This document shows, piece by piece, positions 36,900 through 50,095 of a stretch of 64,000 nucleotides of DNA. Source of the stretch: Felis catus. Taxonomy: Eukaryota. The position numbers were made by a program, and so were the translations under genes. The DNA lies in the NCBI RefSeq assembly GCF_018350175.1, contig NC_058368.1, forward strand, positions 219,110,001 through 219,174,000, given 5' to 3'. The notes beneath the pieces are model-generated. The model had not been told where the DNA came from. It worked only from the letters and a program-made list of their open reading frames with translations, and ran no database searches. Positions within the stretch are counted from its first letter, which is position 1; the number at the start of each line of letters is the position of its first letter.

Positions 36900-37276
36900 A
36901 TGCCATGAACCAGAGGGGGAAGGCTCAAACGTATTAATGTTGGACTATTAAAATGAAGTTAAAAGTGATAGATACTAGATTGAGCCTATACCTGAAGATA
37001 CATGTTTTTCTGGCTACCGATATGCTCCACAATCACCATGAGAACATGTCCCAAATAGACGCTAATCCAAGAAAAATGTGGGTAAACTCTGAAGAGACAT
37101 GATCCCAGTTAAAATCTCATTACCAAGTCCAGCCAATGTCCAATGTGTAGTGGATCCATCCCAGCTGAACTGCACACCAGTGAGAGAAAAAAATAAACAT
37201 TCATTTTGCAGGACATTGAATTTTACAGTGTTTTTTTTTTCTTAATGTAACATGGCATGGTAAAAATAGCTAACAT
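36900..37276 (+). mobile_element. Old MaLR LTR (MLT1-type) fragment
   Basis: caccatgagaacatgtccca...gtgagagaaaaaaataaacat...aaaatagctaac. Confidence 0.5.
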
Positions 37277-37974
37277 TCAAGAGTTAATAGCAAAATAATT
37301 TTCAGTGAAACTGTGTTTAATGGTATCGATGGTTATAAAGTTCTGAAAGGATTAGTCCAGGTGGCAGCACATAACTGTCAGTGGCAAGATGGGTGGAATA
37401 AAAAGGACAGCAAGACTCAATGGCTCCTCTCTGGCCTTGGCATGCAGAGATCAGGGGCAGTAACAGAACATAATGTTCCCAGTGGAAGGAAAATGACAAG
37501 CCAATGAAGATAGTGCCTGCTTATATAATTAAAAACTCAAGAGTTACTGATGAAAGGGTTGATGTTCATGCCTTCAAGGATAATTATCTTTTGCCCAGTC
37601 TCTAGAACTGAGCCAGCTCTCAGACTAAAAAACCATCAGTTGAAAAGGAGGCATCTTCTTGAGGAAGGAAACTGAATATTCACAGGAAGAAACGATGATA
37701 TTTTTTTTCTATTTCCCAAAGGGATTTACAGTTATTTATCAGGACCACTGTATGCTTGGTTGAGATAGTATCCAAATCTTATTAGAGCAGTTTACTAGAA
37801 GATGAGTTTACACTGATACCAAGGCACTCAAAATTCAATCACAGCTCCTCTGTTAGAGTGGGTGAATGGAGGCTGTAATAGATACCTAGACTCAGTCCAT
37901 CTTATAGTGGGTCTGGTGATTCCATGGAGCTACCTTGCTCTTTGCTCTGGTCTTTCATTACATAATACGGAAAT

Positions 37975-37979
37975 GCGCG

Positions 37980-38025
<46 letters not shown>
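37975..38025. repeat. (CA)n microsatellite
   Basis: Direct reading. Confidence 0.95.
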
Positions 38026-38026
<1 letters not shown>

Positions 38027-38919
38027 CAATGGCAGAATTCTCACAGGAGTCCTATGCCTTATATAGTAAATGGGATTGTGGTAAGATAAGCCAAGTTAAA
38101 GATGTAGAAACTACCCCCCTTTTAGTCAAGGGATCAATTGAGAAAATGAAAAGCACATCAGATCGTATAGCAAAGATTAGTGTTAACCTCAAAGTCAAAA
38201 ATGGAAAGTATTCTTCATGCCCTGCAAAATGGTAGGAAATAAACTCTGCAAAATTACAGAACCTATGGTATCAGGGACATTTTAATATCTAGTGGTTTGG
38301 AGACATCCACTCCAGGGTATAGAATAAATTATTGCATGTTGCAATCTTCACCGTGAAGAAAAGGCACAGGACATGATGACAAATCACTTCATGTTTTGTA
38401 AACAGTGTAGAGTATAATTGAGAATACTGCTCTAACTCGGTATCTCAGAAGGCTGCCCTATTGAGTGGAGTTCAGAGAAAGGGAGATCTCTGCAGCAAAT
38501 TCAGCCTTTGTTCAAGTTGCACTGCATTCAGCAATCTGACCCAGCAGACTTTAAAGTGCTAGAGTTACCTGCAATGGAGAGGAATGGCATATGGTGTATC
38601 TGGCAAATTCCAGTATGAAATATATTATGCAGATCCCTAGGGTTCTGGAATAAGACCATCTGCAGCAGATAGCATTTGTCCATTCAAAAAGCAACATCTG
38701 AACATCTGATAGGGTATTGAGCCTAATCTTGTTTATATCAAAAAACTGTGTGACCAGAGGCCATCCATTATATGCTGGAGGGATCACCATGGCATTGATT
38801 CAGATGAGCACAACTACAATCATGTATATGTTTAGGAGTAGGCTCAGTCAAGTATGGAAAGCACATATCTTCATACTATCCACATTCGGAGAGGATGGAC
38901 TTTATGTAACTATGGATGT

Positions 38920-39136
38920 TGTTATGCATTGGATTGTGTCCTGTAAACATTTAAAAGTTGAAGTCTTAATGACCAGTACCTCAGAATGTAAACTTTTTGG
39001 AAACAGAGTTGTTGCATACGTGCTTAGCTAAAATGAGATCATACCGGAGTGGGATGTGTCCCTAATCCCAAATGCCTGGTGTCTTCATGAGGGGAAATTT
39101 GGACACAGATATGCACATAGGGAGAATGCCATGAAA
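38920..39136 (+). mobile_element. MaLR LTR (MLT1B/C-type), 5' half
   Basis: gttgaagtcttaatgaccagtacctcagaatgtaaactttttggaaacag...ccctaatcc...ggaaatttggacacaga. Confidence 0.8.
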
Positions 39137-39270
39137 ACTAGGAATTGAAGAATACCCTAGCTTTCTTCACTTTTGGGAGACAATACTGAGGGATGTTCTC
39201 CACTGTCTCTGAAACAGGCCACAGAATGCCAGGCTCTTAAAGCTATAGCCAGTCCATTTGCACATTCTTT

Positions 39271-39485
39271 TTAAAAATTTTTTTAACATTTATTTATTTT
39301 TGAGACAGAGAGAGACAGAACGTGAACGGGGGAGGGTCAGAGAGAGGGAGACACAGAATCTGAAACAGGCTCCAGGTTCTGAGCTGTCAGCACAGAGCCC
39401 AACGCAGGGCTCGAACTCACGGAGTGTGAGATCATGACCTGAGCCAAAGTCGGCCGCTTAACCGACTGAGCCACCCAGGAGCCCC
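39271..39485 (-). mobile_element. SINEC_Fc-type SINE
   Basis: Perfect TSD tccatttgcacattcttt at 39253 and 39486. Confidence 0.96.
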
Positions 39486-40076
39486 TCCATTTGCACATTC
39501 TTTATTGACTTTGTTCCCTTCCTTTCCACACTTTCTCATAGTTCCCCATGTTATATCTGAGCAAGGAATCATCATGAAACAGTCCAGTAAATCCCCTAAT
39601 TCTGAAACATATTCTTCCCTATGCCTTTGATATTTCTTGGGTTCATTTACTAAATAAAATGCTCGCGACCAAGTCTTTGTATCAGGATATGCCTTTGAGG
39701 AACTCAAACTAAATACTGAATGGCAGAAAGTTTAGCTGGAAAACAGAATCATTGCTATGACCACTGTTGCCTAAGATCAGTAAAGATGTGTGGTTATGGC
39801 TAAAACCATATATAGTTTTAGTATATAGTTGAACTGACAGTACATAGTTGAATTAGCACTGAAATATGTTCCACTATTTTAAGGAAAATAACCAGAATCA
39901 GTGTACAGTCCTTCTAATTACTGGAATTCAAATAGGAAGCAATGCTTTTATACCTATTTTCACTATCCAGTTTACAAAAAATAAAATATATGATAATATC
40001 GGGAAATGGGTAAAAACACTTCATATACTTCTATAAAGATAATAAACTGATACCTCATTTTAGAAAAGCAATCCAA

Positions 40077-40286
40077 GGGGCGCCTGGGTGGCTCAGTCGG
40101 TTGGGCGTCCGACTTCGGCTCAGGTCATGATCTTGCGGTCCGTGAGTTCGAGCCCTGCGTCGGGCTCTGTGCTGACAGCTCGGACCCTGGAGCCTGCTTC
40201 GGATTCTGTGTCTCCCTCTCTCTCTGCCCCTCCCCCGCTCATGCTCTGTCTCTCTCTGTCTCAAAAATAAATAAGAAAAAGAAAAA
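40077..40286 (+). mobile_element. Young SINEC_Fc-type SINE
   Basis: CpG-rich; perfect TSD agaaaagcaatccaa at 40062 and 40287. Confidence 0.96.
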
Positions 40287-40344
40287 AGAAAAGCAATCCA
40301 ACCAAAACCCCTCACGTATGTCAATCATCCATCCTTCTTAAAAT

Positions 40345-40990
40345 GTGTACCTGTTTTGTCTCAACTCTAATTCCATCCTTCTCTGCTCTGTTTGATGCCT
40401 GAAAAGTACATTTCTTGATAGATTTTCGTAATGGAAGGCACTGGCTCTGGGAAATGGAAGAAAGAAAGAGGTCATCTTTGGCATCTGGATGGACCCCCAG
40501 CAGCAATAGGTTTCAGTGCAGTTTCTGCTCAGGCTATGTGGCTCCAGCATTGACAGTGGCAGGGGGTTGCTATGACCTTAGAAGTACCGGTAGTGACCTT
40601 GGTGGGGTGGACCTTATAAGGGATCTGGTTTTGCTGGAGGAAACATCATCAGGAAGTGCCTTTAAGTTTCCCTGGTATAATAGCATAAAAAGTCCTGTGG
40701 ACTCCTGGGTTTTTTGATGGCTGTGGTGGTGTGGTAAGGCAGCCAAGAAACCTGCGGGATCTTTTGCCGATTCAGAGGCAGAGCAATTTTACAATATGTG
40801 CAACACAGTTTTGGTTTTTCAGCCTAGGGGTGGTAGGGTTTATTGAAATTATTAATCTCAGAACAACCTCTGTTTGGGATTTTTGTTCTCCCATCCATTG
40901 TCAGACACTTTTAACCAATCCTCTGTTTCAAATCCTCTCCATTTGAAATAGAGAGTGGTTCTGTTTTCTAGAACAAACTGACTGCCAGAC
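40345..40990 (+). mobile_element. Old ERVL-type LTR (LTR33/LTR67-like group)
   Basis: aatggaaggcactggctctgggaaatggaagaaag...aaatcctctccatttgaaatagagagtggttctgttttc. Confidence 0.5.
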
Positions 40991-41486
40991 ATCTCTTCCT
41001 TGTTTCCACTTTATCCTTCTTTCACGTGTGGCCCACTCTTTATTCTGCTTTCTCTACTATTGCTTATCCTGTAAATGTTTGCTTTCTTTGGGGATCAATT
41101 ACTGGCTTACTATTTTTGTGCCATATCCGTGCACCTGGGGTGATGAAGTTCACTTTGTTGCCTAAATACCAAATACTCCCCCATATCTCTATCTCATGTG
41201 AAATCTCACTCTGAGAACAAGACTGTCAACTGAGAATTTCCTCTTGGCATTACAAATATAAATATTCACATTGATCCTATCATCTTCAGTGACCTGTCAG
41301 TATGTGTGTTCTGCCATTTCAGCCAGTTGTTCCCCATCTATCCAGTTTCTTAAATTATATACTAGATTTCTTTCTTTGCAGTTCCCTCTCTTTTGTTCTT
41401 TCAAACCAATGTAGCCCTAGATTTATGGCTTCTGGTGTCTGGGTATATGTTGAATATCCTTCCCTGCTGCTTTGTTGTTTCATTCT

Positions 41487-41698
41487 CTTTTTTTAAGTTT
41501 ATTTATTTATTTTGAGAGGGGGTGAGAGTGAATGGGGGAAAGGGGAGGGGCAGAGAAAGAGAGAGAGAGAATCCCAAGCAGGCTTTGTGCTGTCAGCACA
41601 GAGCCTGCTGCAGGGCTCTATACCATGAACCTTGAGATCATGACCTGAGCCGAAATCAAGAATCGGACACTTAACCGACTGAGCCACCCAGGCACCCC
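41487..41698 (-). mobile_element. CAN-SINE
   Basis: Antisense SINE; TSD tgttgtttcattct / tgttatttcattct. Confidence 0.93.
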
Positions 41699-41799
41699 TG
41701 TTATTTCATTCTTGATATGTAACAATGTATCTCACATTTTACCGTTAACCCTCTAATCACTTTCAGCATTTTTACCACAGGGATTTTATAAATCAGGAA

Positions 41800-42320
41800 T
41801 TTAATTGCATACCTCTCTTCGTAAAAAGTTTTATTGAATGCCAAAGTTCCTAGGAAAAGCTCAAAGCTTTGTAGTGAGGCAGGAAAGACAGTGAGGAACA
41901 CAGCATGTGTTTACTTTGTTTGACTTCCTCACTGGCCACTACTTCCTTTGCACCTTTGAGTTCAGTTTCGTAGAATCATTTGAATCGCTTTTAATGTGCT
42001 ATGACCACTCTTCCCTGATGCCCATTTTATCTCTTTTTATCTTTTCCTAGATTATCTTTCTCCACTTCATTACCCTGGCTCACTCTCAGTCATCCCAGAT
42101 CATCTTGGGCGTCCAAGTGTCTAGGAAAGTATTCCTAGGAGAAGTCTACATTGCTTTCACGTGTACGATAACTCTTGAAAAATATGTTTCTCGTAGTCCT
42201 TGTTGTTTTGCATTTTATTCACTGGCTTATTGATCTGTTTCTGCTTATTAACTGCAAATTCATTGGGGATTCCATAGTCCCCAGGTTAGTGTGGAATTTC
42301 ATTGTAGACATCTAATAAAA
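41800..42320 (+). mobile_element. L2 3' region, highly diverged
   Basis: Pyrimidine-rich L2-like body ending ...tccccaggttagtgtggaatttcattgtagacatctaataaa. Confidence 0.45.
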
Positions 42321-42460
42321 CTCTCTTTCCTAGTTGCTATTTTCTGTATTTCCACCAAATATCTATATTTTATCTTTTGAATTATTACTTTAATTGTGAT
42401 ATTAACTTTCAATTTTAAGAAATTTAGTTTTCAAAGTGATATATGTTCTTTAAAACCAGG

Positions 42461-42461
<1 letters not shown>

Positions 42462-42500
<39 letters not shown>

Positions 42501-42515
42501 ATGTGTGTGTATGTG
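42462..42515. repeat. (TG)n microsatellite
   Basis: Direct reading. Confidence 0.95.
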
Positions 42516-42699
42516 TTTCCTATCATTGTGTATTAAATAAGTTTCATAGTAAATATCTTCAGTATTCTGGAGATTCAGAAAGAAAAAAATACTTGTAATT
42601 TCTTACATCTTATAGTTTAGCCTTGGTTATATTATTCATGTGAAAATAATGATAATTGATAACTAATTTATGAGTTAATGGTATTAAGTTCATAAGGAG

Positions 42700-42937
42700 C
42701 AGAGAAAGGAATCTTTGTAGTCAGTCCATCATCAGAGCTAAATTCAAATCCTGCTATTTGCTAGACATTAGACCTAGGGACCATTACATAACCTCTTTCA
42801 ATCTGAGTTTTCTCAATTGTGAAATGCTTATAACTATTATGACCTCCTCAGGATTTTATGATGATCAAATAAGACACTGTACGTGAACCAGTGCGCCCAT
42901 TTGGGCACATAATAAGCATTCAGTAAAAATTGTTATT
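42700..42937 (+). mobile_element. MIR
   Basis: ttcaaatcctgct...taacctctttcaatctgagttttctcaattgtgaaatg...ggcacataataagcattcagtaaa. Confidence 0.75.
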
Positions 42938-44189
42938 CTTATTGAAGTTAGGGTTTGCAATGGCCTCTAAAAATATGGGTAAGAATTATTATGGATTACA
43001 CATAGGGAAGAAAGGAACTTTGAAAAAGGAGATTGACTCATGCAAATAAAAGCACTCAACAAGGACACATTAATTCCAGCAGAGCGTGTAACTGGAGAGG
43101 AGAGGGAATTAAGAAACAGAGAAGTGAGGTATACCAGATTGGGGCATACAAGAAAGGTGAACCAGAATGCTTAGATTTCATAAAATCGGCAATTAGTCAC
43201 CATCTTTTTCGAGCTGAGAAATAAAATGATAAGATTTAAGGTGGGTTATCCTGGTATTATAAAGAAAGTTTGTGTACTCCTCAGTGTAAAACAAAACAAA
43301 ACAAAAAATGAAATAATGTAAGGCTTAAGTCATTGGTGCGTGCTATTTTTTTTTATGAGCAAGCAGCCACGCTTTTCACCCTGAATCATGAGTCCCTTAA
43401 TTCTGGGTTGTGACTTTGTGCTAAAGGGCAGACTGGTATGTTTCCTCCTTAAGTGTGAAATTCTTCACTTTTATTGTTTCTCACTTGCACTTAAAACCCT
43501 GTAAATGTTGTATTATTACACTATTATGTAACACAATAGCTGTTATCTCTCACTTCTCTCTGCTGATCTATGCAAGGCACCTTCTGTCAAATAAGTCAGG
43601 ACCTCTTGCCAGATGAGAGTGATTCATCAAAACTGCTGAGCATTTTCATAATCATCATTCTCACAATGTATTACAAAAGACCATTAGCAGCCTTTAATTT
43701 TCCAGGTTTGGTGCAACATAACAACTTCAGTTTATGTTTCACTGCTTCTCTTTGTAAAGAAATCAATGATTTTAAAACTAAACTACTCATGACAAACATG
43801 TTAGATTCATTAGCATCTGCCCTGGTTGTCTGTGTGAAGGTTATACTGCAAACATGATTTGCATTTTTATCTGCTGGGAGCACAAGGTTTGAATTGCCTA
43901 AATGTTTACTTAATTATTGCTCCCATTCTCTTCCACACCCATTCACCTCAAGCCCTCCACAAGCAGAAAGCAAGACTAATTAGTATCTAATTGATATTTT
44001 TTCAATAGTGCAATAGAATCTCTCTCAATACAAAGAAAGTAATTTCATTATACACTGTAGAGAACATTAATCAGTCATAATAGCAAATATGGGAGTATTT
44101 GTTAGGTTTTCAAAGTGATGTGTTTTAAATAAGAAGCACCTGGTTGTCTCTACTAGATTTTACTTCTTAAATAAGAAGGGATTATATCT

Positions 44190-44530
44190 ATTCATTTATT
44201 TTTTCACACATTTACTAGAAGATTATTGTACAACCACTGAGCTAGACACTGTGGATGCAAAATGAGTTAGATAAGTTTTTCTCAAGAAACCCATAGTCTG
44301 TGGGGGCATAAAGACTCAGAAAACCATCCTTTAGGTATATGGAATGATAGATTTGTACAGCGTATCATGGAATCACAGAAAAGGGCAGACTAATTCAGTC
44401 TAAACAGGTCAAGAATAGATTCCCAGAGATACCACATGAGCCAAAGACAACACAGCAAATTAGCCATCAGCTTGATGGGACAAAAGTCATTCCAGACAAA
44501 GAAGAAACCACTCTGAAAGGTGGCACCGTG
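44190..44530 (-). mobile_element. L2 3' end
   Basis: attcatttattttttcacacatttactag...ctgagctagacactgtggatgcaaaatgag...ctcaagaaacccatagtctg. Confidence 0.65.
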
Positions 44531-45193
44531 AGAAACGTATTCCAAAGTTCTACTGCTGCATATACTTCATACTCATAAAATACATTCAGGTCTGATAGTA
44601 ATTTTTCAACACACCTTTAGCTAAGGAAAAGTAATTTTACCCATATCTTTATATGAAAGACATTTACATGTTAAATAAAATTAAAAAGAATATATTTTTC
44701 CTTTAAACAAATGTTGCACGTGAACAAATGTTGCAAATGTCACACGTGAACTTCACTCTTTTGTAAATAAATTTTTGTGCTCCTTGAAACTCAAATAACA
44801 TCTACTTCCCAACTCACCTTACATGTCTTGATATCCGTGGACTCAGAGGACTTTAACAAAGCTGAGTGAACAGTGAAGAATTCCACTGACTTTGTGGATG
44901 ATGATTTTGGAAAATAGAGGAAACCAGGTTTGGAGATTTGTGGGCCCTGCAGATCTGGATATACATGAAAAATCAATTGAAATTATTAGATTTGTGATAT
45001 TTGACAGCTGGTAGCCAAAGCCGTTTCCTGAGGTACATATTTATCCCAATGAAGCTTAGTGGTTTTGTCTCTTCAGTAATATATCATTTGTTTTTGTGTG
45101 TGTGTGTTTTATCTATTTTTTTCCAATAGTAAATAAAAGAATAACTTTTAAAAGAATAATATTAAAGAATTTCTTTAAAGCACCTAAAAAGTA

Positions 45194-45429
45194 GGGGCAC
45201 CTGGGTGGCTCAGTAGGTTAAGCATCCAGCATCTGACTTTGGCTCAGGTCATGATCTCAAGGTTCGTGAGTTCAAGCCCAACGTCGGTCTCTGTGCTGAC
45301 AGTTCAGAGCCTGGAGCCTGCTTCAGATTCTATGTCTCACCTCCTGTCTGCCCTTCCCCTGCTTGTGAGCTCTCTCTCTCTCTCTCTGTCATGCAAAAAT
45401 AAACAAACATTAAAATAATTAAAAAAAAA
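45194..45429 (+). mobile_element. SINEC_Fc-type SINE
   Basis: Full SINE with duplicated agcatc; imperfect TSD taaagcacctaaaaagta / taaagcccctaaaaaagta. Confidence 0.95.
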
Positions 45430-46442
45430 TAAAGCCCCTAAAAAAGTAATTTCTTAAAAAGGAGCTCACCAAAGACCATCACAACCATTCTTGAATTCAT
45501 AGTTGGGCCTATTTAGAGTTCAGCAGCAAGAGAATATGAGAATCAGGACTGTCTTGGTAAGAGAAAGTTGTGAGGGGCTTTTTATAGGATGTGGGACTGG
45601 GCTGGATGATGCTCAAGGGGATTTAAGGTAACCAAGAATACTTCTGGATTAAGTGCTGGCAGGAAGCAGGCGCTATGAATTAGGTTATTGGGCATATTGT
45701 TTGATTTTATCTAGAAGGGGAGAAGAAGCTTGGCTAATGTTGTGTAAAAGAAGTCGTCTGAAAATGAAGACTGCATAGTCATTGTTTTCAATATGTAGTG
45801 TCTTTGTATCTGTCTTATTTTACAAATTGTCAGAAGGTAGTCACAAAGGGGCCTTGTTTGATCTTTGTGTATGTTCTGTGAGTGTTGTTTGTAATGGCCT
45901 AGCTACTTGTAACTCATATTTTGTTCTATAGAATCTAATTCCATAAATTTTTAGAGTTGTGTTGATGAGAAGTTGAACTAGAATAATTATCTCATGTTTG
46001 ACTGCAAGATGTGTTGTTTAATCATGTTCTGTGACAGTGCCTGCACGATAGCATTTAAGTCTCTGGACAGAATGTGTTGGCCAGTTGTGATACAGGCAAT
46101 TTCCATTTGGAAAATAATTATAAGTCCTAATAAACTCTGAAAGCAGAAACATAGAATCACAACCACAGACCAGGAAAACATATCTTAAAGAATAGCTAGG
46201 CTTCTGGACAGCCAAGTGGTCATTTTCATTAGACTATTCATTTATTGTTCTACCCAATCATTGCTTTTTGTTTATAGGTACAAGAAGTGTTTTCTAGAGC
46301 ACAAGTTACCATTGACTAGCCAAGGATAACTCGGGGCCCAAGTGATTGTCTAAAATAACACCAGCTCTTAGATTTAAACTACTTGGTTAAGCCTCTAGAG
46401 CAGACTTATGGTCATTTGTGATTAAAAACAAGTTAGAAACAT

Positions 46443-46582
46443 GGGGTGCCTGGGTGACTCAATCGGTTAAGCGTCCGACTTTGGCTCAGGTTGTGATCTC
46501 ACGGCTTGTGAGTTTGAGCCTCACATCGGGCTCTGCTGACAGCTCAGAGCCTGGAGCCTCTTCAGATTCTGTGTCTTTCTCC

Positions 46583-46617
<35 letters not shown>

Positions 46618-46685
46618 TCTCTCTGCCCCTCCCCTGCTCACACTCTGTCTCTCAAAAATAAACAAACATTAAAAAAATTAAAAAT
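46443..46685 (+). mobile_element. SINEC_Fc-type SINE
   Basis: TSD aaaacaagttagaaaca / aaaacaagtcagaaaca. Confidence 0.95.
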
Positions 46686-49108
46686 AAAACAAGTCAGAAA
46701 CAAAATTCAGAACTCTTTTTAGTTGCATTATTCCACAACTGGATTGTAGCTCACAAAGTATATGTGAGGAGGGAGTAGATTATTATTCCTCAAGGGAGCT
46801 CTCCTAAATTAAGCACACTTGCCTTCTTTTACATTTCTCTGCATACCCTTAACACTATAGATGAGTATGATATGGAAAATGGATATTTTGACTAACAGTG
46901 AGGCTATGCCAAATTCTTTCAAGATAGCCCCAGTGAAATTGTATCCTTGACACCAGAAAGGTAGGTTGGAATTCCCCAGTTGAAGAAAAACAAGCAATTT
47001 TTTTTTCTACTATTAAATGATAGCTCTCTGGCAAGGACAAGCCTCAATCAATCCATCATGAAAATGATCTGACAATGACCACGTAATATTTATAGTTCAT
47101 TCCTGAGGGCAGTTGGTTTGGTTAATAGTGGTTTTTAGCTAAGACATTCTGAGATTCTAAGCCAGGGCTTCGGCTGACATTCCACTTTTATGTCAGCTAC
47201 CAATGAACCAGCAAATCATGTAAAATTCATTTTAATTGGTTTGTTCTATTTTTATGGGAGATCCAAAGAGTTCAGGAAAACTCTTTTGCCAAATCATTCA
47301 AAATGATCAAGGCCCACCCCTAAAGCATACCTACTATCTGTATAAATACTCAGTTTTTGTGTTTTGTTAGCTGCAAAGCTTGGGTAAGTATGAGCTAAAA
47401 TTTAGTTATTTGAGTTGATTTAACTTCTGGGAGACCTTGGTATTTTAATGGTGAATTTATATCTATGGTAATGTAGTCAGCTTTACACCTGCTTGGTATG
47501 AATCATCAACACAAAACATTAAATCAGGGTTATTCAAAGGAGTTTTTGTAAGGTCTGTATTACGCATGAATATTTCCCTAATGGAGTCCGTGGGTTCAGG
47601 GTGTTACACTGATGGATAGTGAAGTGAGAGAAACGTGACAATGAGGACATTAGCACATCTCTGGAGACTTTAATTTTCCTATGAAGTGTATTGTGGATGT
47701 CAGTATCTCTCTATTGTTTTGTTCCTTTGAAAATTAATTTGTTGATAGTTATTATATCATTCCATGAATAAAACTTAAGTATGCTTCTTTTAACCTGAGA
47801 AGTATGCAGTCATTAAAACATAGTCATATTAATATGTTTTAATTATACATAGTTAACCTAGAAGCCTTCATTTCTCTTTTGGCATAACTCTTTTGGCATA
47901 CCTAGATTTGGTAAATAAAGGAGCTCTCACAATGAGAGATAATTAAAATCTAAAGGATGTCAAACAAACTACACTATTCCCATTATTTTTCTTTTTCTTA
48001 AGGTGAGGAAACAAATCTTTGCTTTACCTGTGGCCATAGAGACTTAACAGTTATATTAATACGAATTTGAAACCTGAACCTGGGAAAAGCAAAATCAAAG
48101 AGAATTTTGAGAAGAGATAAGATATGAATATACATAATATTTATATGTAAGAAATAGTTATGGAACTATTTTTAAACTCAGAAATGAATATCAATGATTA
48201 TTAGAAACCTTTAATACTTTCTTTCTAAAAATAAAGAACTTCAAAAATGATTAAGTTATGGCAAAAATCCCAGAGAAACTAAAGGTTTCATTATTTTATG
48301 AAATATTGCCTTTTAGTATTTTTGTAAGTTTTTAAAGCTAGTCTTAAGATAACTTGATACATATGTTATAGGAATATAAACAATATATTGTATTTGTTAT
48401 ATAAATAATTGTCATGTACAATATGTAATGTAAATTATTATAAGTGTACAAGTAATAATAACTTTAAAGATCATACCGTAGCTTTAAAATAAAAATAAAA
48501 TTATTATCAGCATATTAAATGTAACAATATAAAATATAATATTAAATATGACATCTTAAATAGTAAAAGTTCTCTTTAAAACTATACAAACCATTCTTAC
48601 CATTATGAATATATTTTTATATATATTTTAGTGACATTCCCCATACAGCCTAAATCATCTATATTAGCACCATTAGACAAAGTAACCAAAATTGATTTCC
48701 TCAAGAAACATAGAAAACAAGAAGACAGAAAACTAGAAACTGTTCGGTTGTGTTTCTTTAAAAGCACATGTCATATAACTTTTACAAATACCAAGGTGAC
48801 AAAGCAAATATACATATAAAAATACCCAAAGGGATTTAGAACATTTTCTTAATTTTGCTATTCTATATTCCTAATAATATAAGATACCAGGTAATAAAAA
48901 CTACAGTTCAAGGCCAGTGTCACTAGAAATTGTCTGGGGAGATTAAAGAAAACTGAGTTATTCTAAGTGATTTGAAGAAAGCATAAAAGGGAAAAGGTAT
49001 TTGTGGAGGAGCAACAATGAGAAGAAAGAGTGATGATAAATCAAAGAGGAGATAGGGAGATATTTAGGTGAGAAGTCACCATGCAATTAATGTAAAACCC
49101 ACACTTTA

Positions 49109-49401
49109 AAATTTATTCTTTGTTATTTTTTTAAGTCTAGAAATTGTATTCTTTACCTTTGTTGAGAGGAAGAGACTCATTCAATATCTGCAAAAGAAAA
49201 TCTGAGCTTTAATGTATGGGACTACATTGCTAACCAATCAAACTGCTAAGGTTGGGGGAAGCATGGGATCAGGAATTAGTACTCTTTTAGAAGCAGGTGT
49301 GTATAGAGATTTTGAACTTTAGTCAAGGAAGCATGTTGACTAGAATTTGGATATTTCTGGTGGATTGCACTGGCTTTCAGAAGCTGGTTACTAATGAAGG
49401 T
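49109..49401 (+). repeat. Left arm of 293-bp inverted repeat
   Basis: Reverse complement of 52757-53049; 9 mismatches, no indels by manual alignment. Confidence 0.97.
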
Positions 49402-49418
49402 TGTCATTGATTGGTTAG

Positions 49419-49801
49419 TATTACAGACTGAATTGTGCCTCCTGCGTCCCCCAAATTCATATGTTGAAGCCCTAATCCCCAGTGTGAATATATATGGAGA
49501 TAAAGTCTTTAAAGAGGTAATTAAGGTTAAATGAAGTTATCAGGGTGGGGCCCTAATCCAATAAGACTAACATCTTTATAATAAGAGGAGGAGACACTGG
49601 GACTGCTAAGCACAGAGGAAAGGCCTTGTGAGGACTGGAAGGTCGCCATCAGCAAGCCAGGGAGAGAAGTCTCACCATAAACTAACCCTACTGGTACCTT
49701 GATCTTAGGACTTATAGTCTGCAGAGCAGTGAGAAAATAAATATCTGTTATTTAAGCCACCCAGTTCATAGTGTTGTATTATGGCAGCTCTAGCTAATAT
49801 A
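49419..49801 (+). mobile_element. MaLR LTR (MLT1A/B-type), near full length
   Basis: ccccaaattcatatgttgaagccctaatcccc...gaggtaattaaggttaaatga...tttaagccacccagt...tatggcagctctagc. Confidence 0.9.
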
Positions 49802-49804
49802 ATC

Positions 49805-50095
49805 ATATATATACATACATATATATATGTATGTATATATATGTATATATATATGTGTGTATATATATGTATATATATGTGTGTGTATATATATATATAC
49901 ACACACATATATATATATTTGTGTTCACCAATGCTAACTTCTGTGGTCTGTACATACCCTTACACTCTGGCTTTAGCCAATTCTCCAGCTCAGAGGTTTC
50001 AAGAAAAAAAGGAGAATGATATTTAGATATTTATTTCCTCCAGTTCCCTTTGCAGGGGATGGACCTTCTCTTGGCCATTTTAGATTAATAGTTTA

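Larger units (their letters stand above)
34085..39715 (+). mobile_element. Decayed ERVL-class provirus relic (LTR16-like ends, internal fragments)
   Basis: LTR16-like 3' termini at ~34100-34185 (tgtctcaggaccttctttggaaggatcccaaactaa, then agttggtgct) and ~39670-39715 (tgtatcaggatatgcctttgaggaactcaaactaa); ERVL-internal-like sequence at ~34190-35160 and ~37280-38810. Confidence 0.5.
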
